From positions 17,298,001 to 17,362,000 of the forward strand of contig NW_025963791.1 of the NCBI RefSeq assembly GCF_023055435.1: a stretch of DNA of 64,000 bases, given 5' to 3'. Positions 63,361 to 64,000 of the stretch are shown in pieces; positions within the stretch are counted from its first letter, which is position 1, and every line of letters begins with the position of its first letter. The stretch comes from Haliotis rufescens (lineage: Eukaryota). The notes below the pieces were generated by a model, which saw only the letters and a list, made by a program, of their open reading frames with translations, was not told the DNA's origin and did not search any database. Both the position numbers and the translations under genes were made by a program.

Positions 63361-64000
63361 ATCTGTCTCTATGTTTGTGTGTGTGCTTTTTGATTCTCGG
63401 CTTTATAGCAGCAATAGATTGACTTAAAATATATTACTAAAATATTATTGAAGTACATCTGAGACATGTCAGTTTGAGTTATAGAGTTAACACAAAATCA
63501 TGGAAATGAATTCCCGCAACCAGACATTGTTAACACAGTGTTGGACACAGCTAATACTTCAGTTTAATCAGTTCCCATCAATAATAGGTCATAAACAGTT
63601 ATAAAAATGTGACCTCTATCAGTGATTCTTGATTTGTCTTCATCAGACCTAAAGCCACTGAGATATCAGGTATCATCATCCTATTTTAGATACATGTATG
63701 TATTTATATTGTATGTATCTTTAAATGAAAGGTGTTAGAATCACTTTAAATTTTTAGGAACACACTTTAAAATGTTTACGATTTGCCGTTGTCATTTAGG
63801 GCTCGAAGTCGGAAAAGATTTTTCCAAGTAGGTTGATTTACTGTTTATGTACATGGCTAGACATGATATACGAGGTAATATCACCAGCTTTGTCTGTTAC
63901 TGTAGGTGTGGTTTCTAATATACTGGAAAGGTATTCTGTGATGTAGATAGCCAGGCTAATCAATCATGGGTATGACACAAGTGCTTGAGGTATGCTAAGC

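Overview
Eukaryotic (animal) DNA, AT-rich and CpG-depleted, with two assembly gaps. The repeat families suggest a marine mollusc, probably a gastropod such as abalone (inference). Most of the window is intronic sequence of a + strand RAPGEF2/RAPGEF6-like (PDZ-GEF) gene. Two GT-AG coding exons (35722-35849 and 41968-42051) splice in frame and encode part of the N-terminal cyclic-nucleotide-binding-like domain. The next exon was not found before position 64000. The first coding exon is unresolved: there is a candidate at 17857-17919 and a CpG-rich putative promoter at about 1.4-2.1 kb. The introns contain four SINE-like families sharing a related 3' tail, several MITE classes (Tc1/pogo, hAT, PIF/Harbinger, Zator-like), a Helentron-type element carrying an endonuclease fragment, a truncated LINE 3' end and many minisatellites. 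The most unusual signal is an abundant retroposon (family B, about 18 copies) with no tRNA head. Its TSD-defined 5' end is nearly fixed and begins with a pseudoknot-plus-hairpin RNA motif showing compensatory changes between copies, making it a candidate ribozyme or structured RNA head. All alignments and folds were done by eye; family names are from memory, not database searches.
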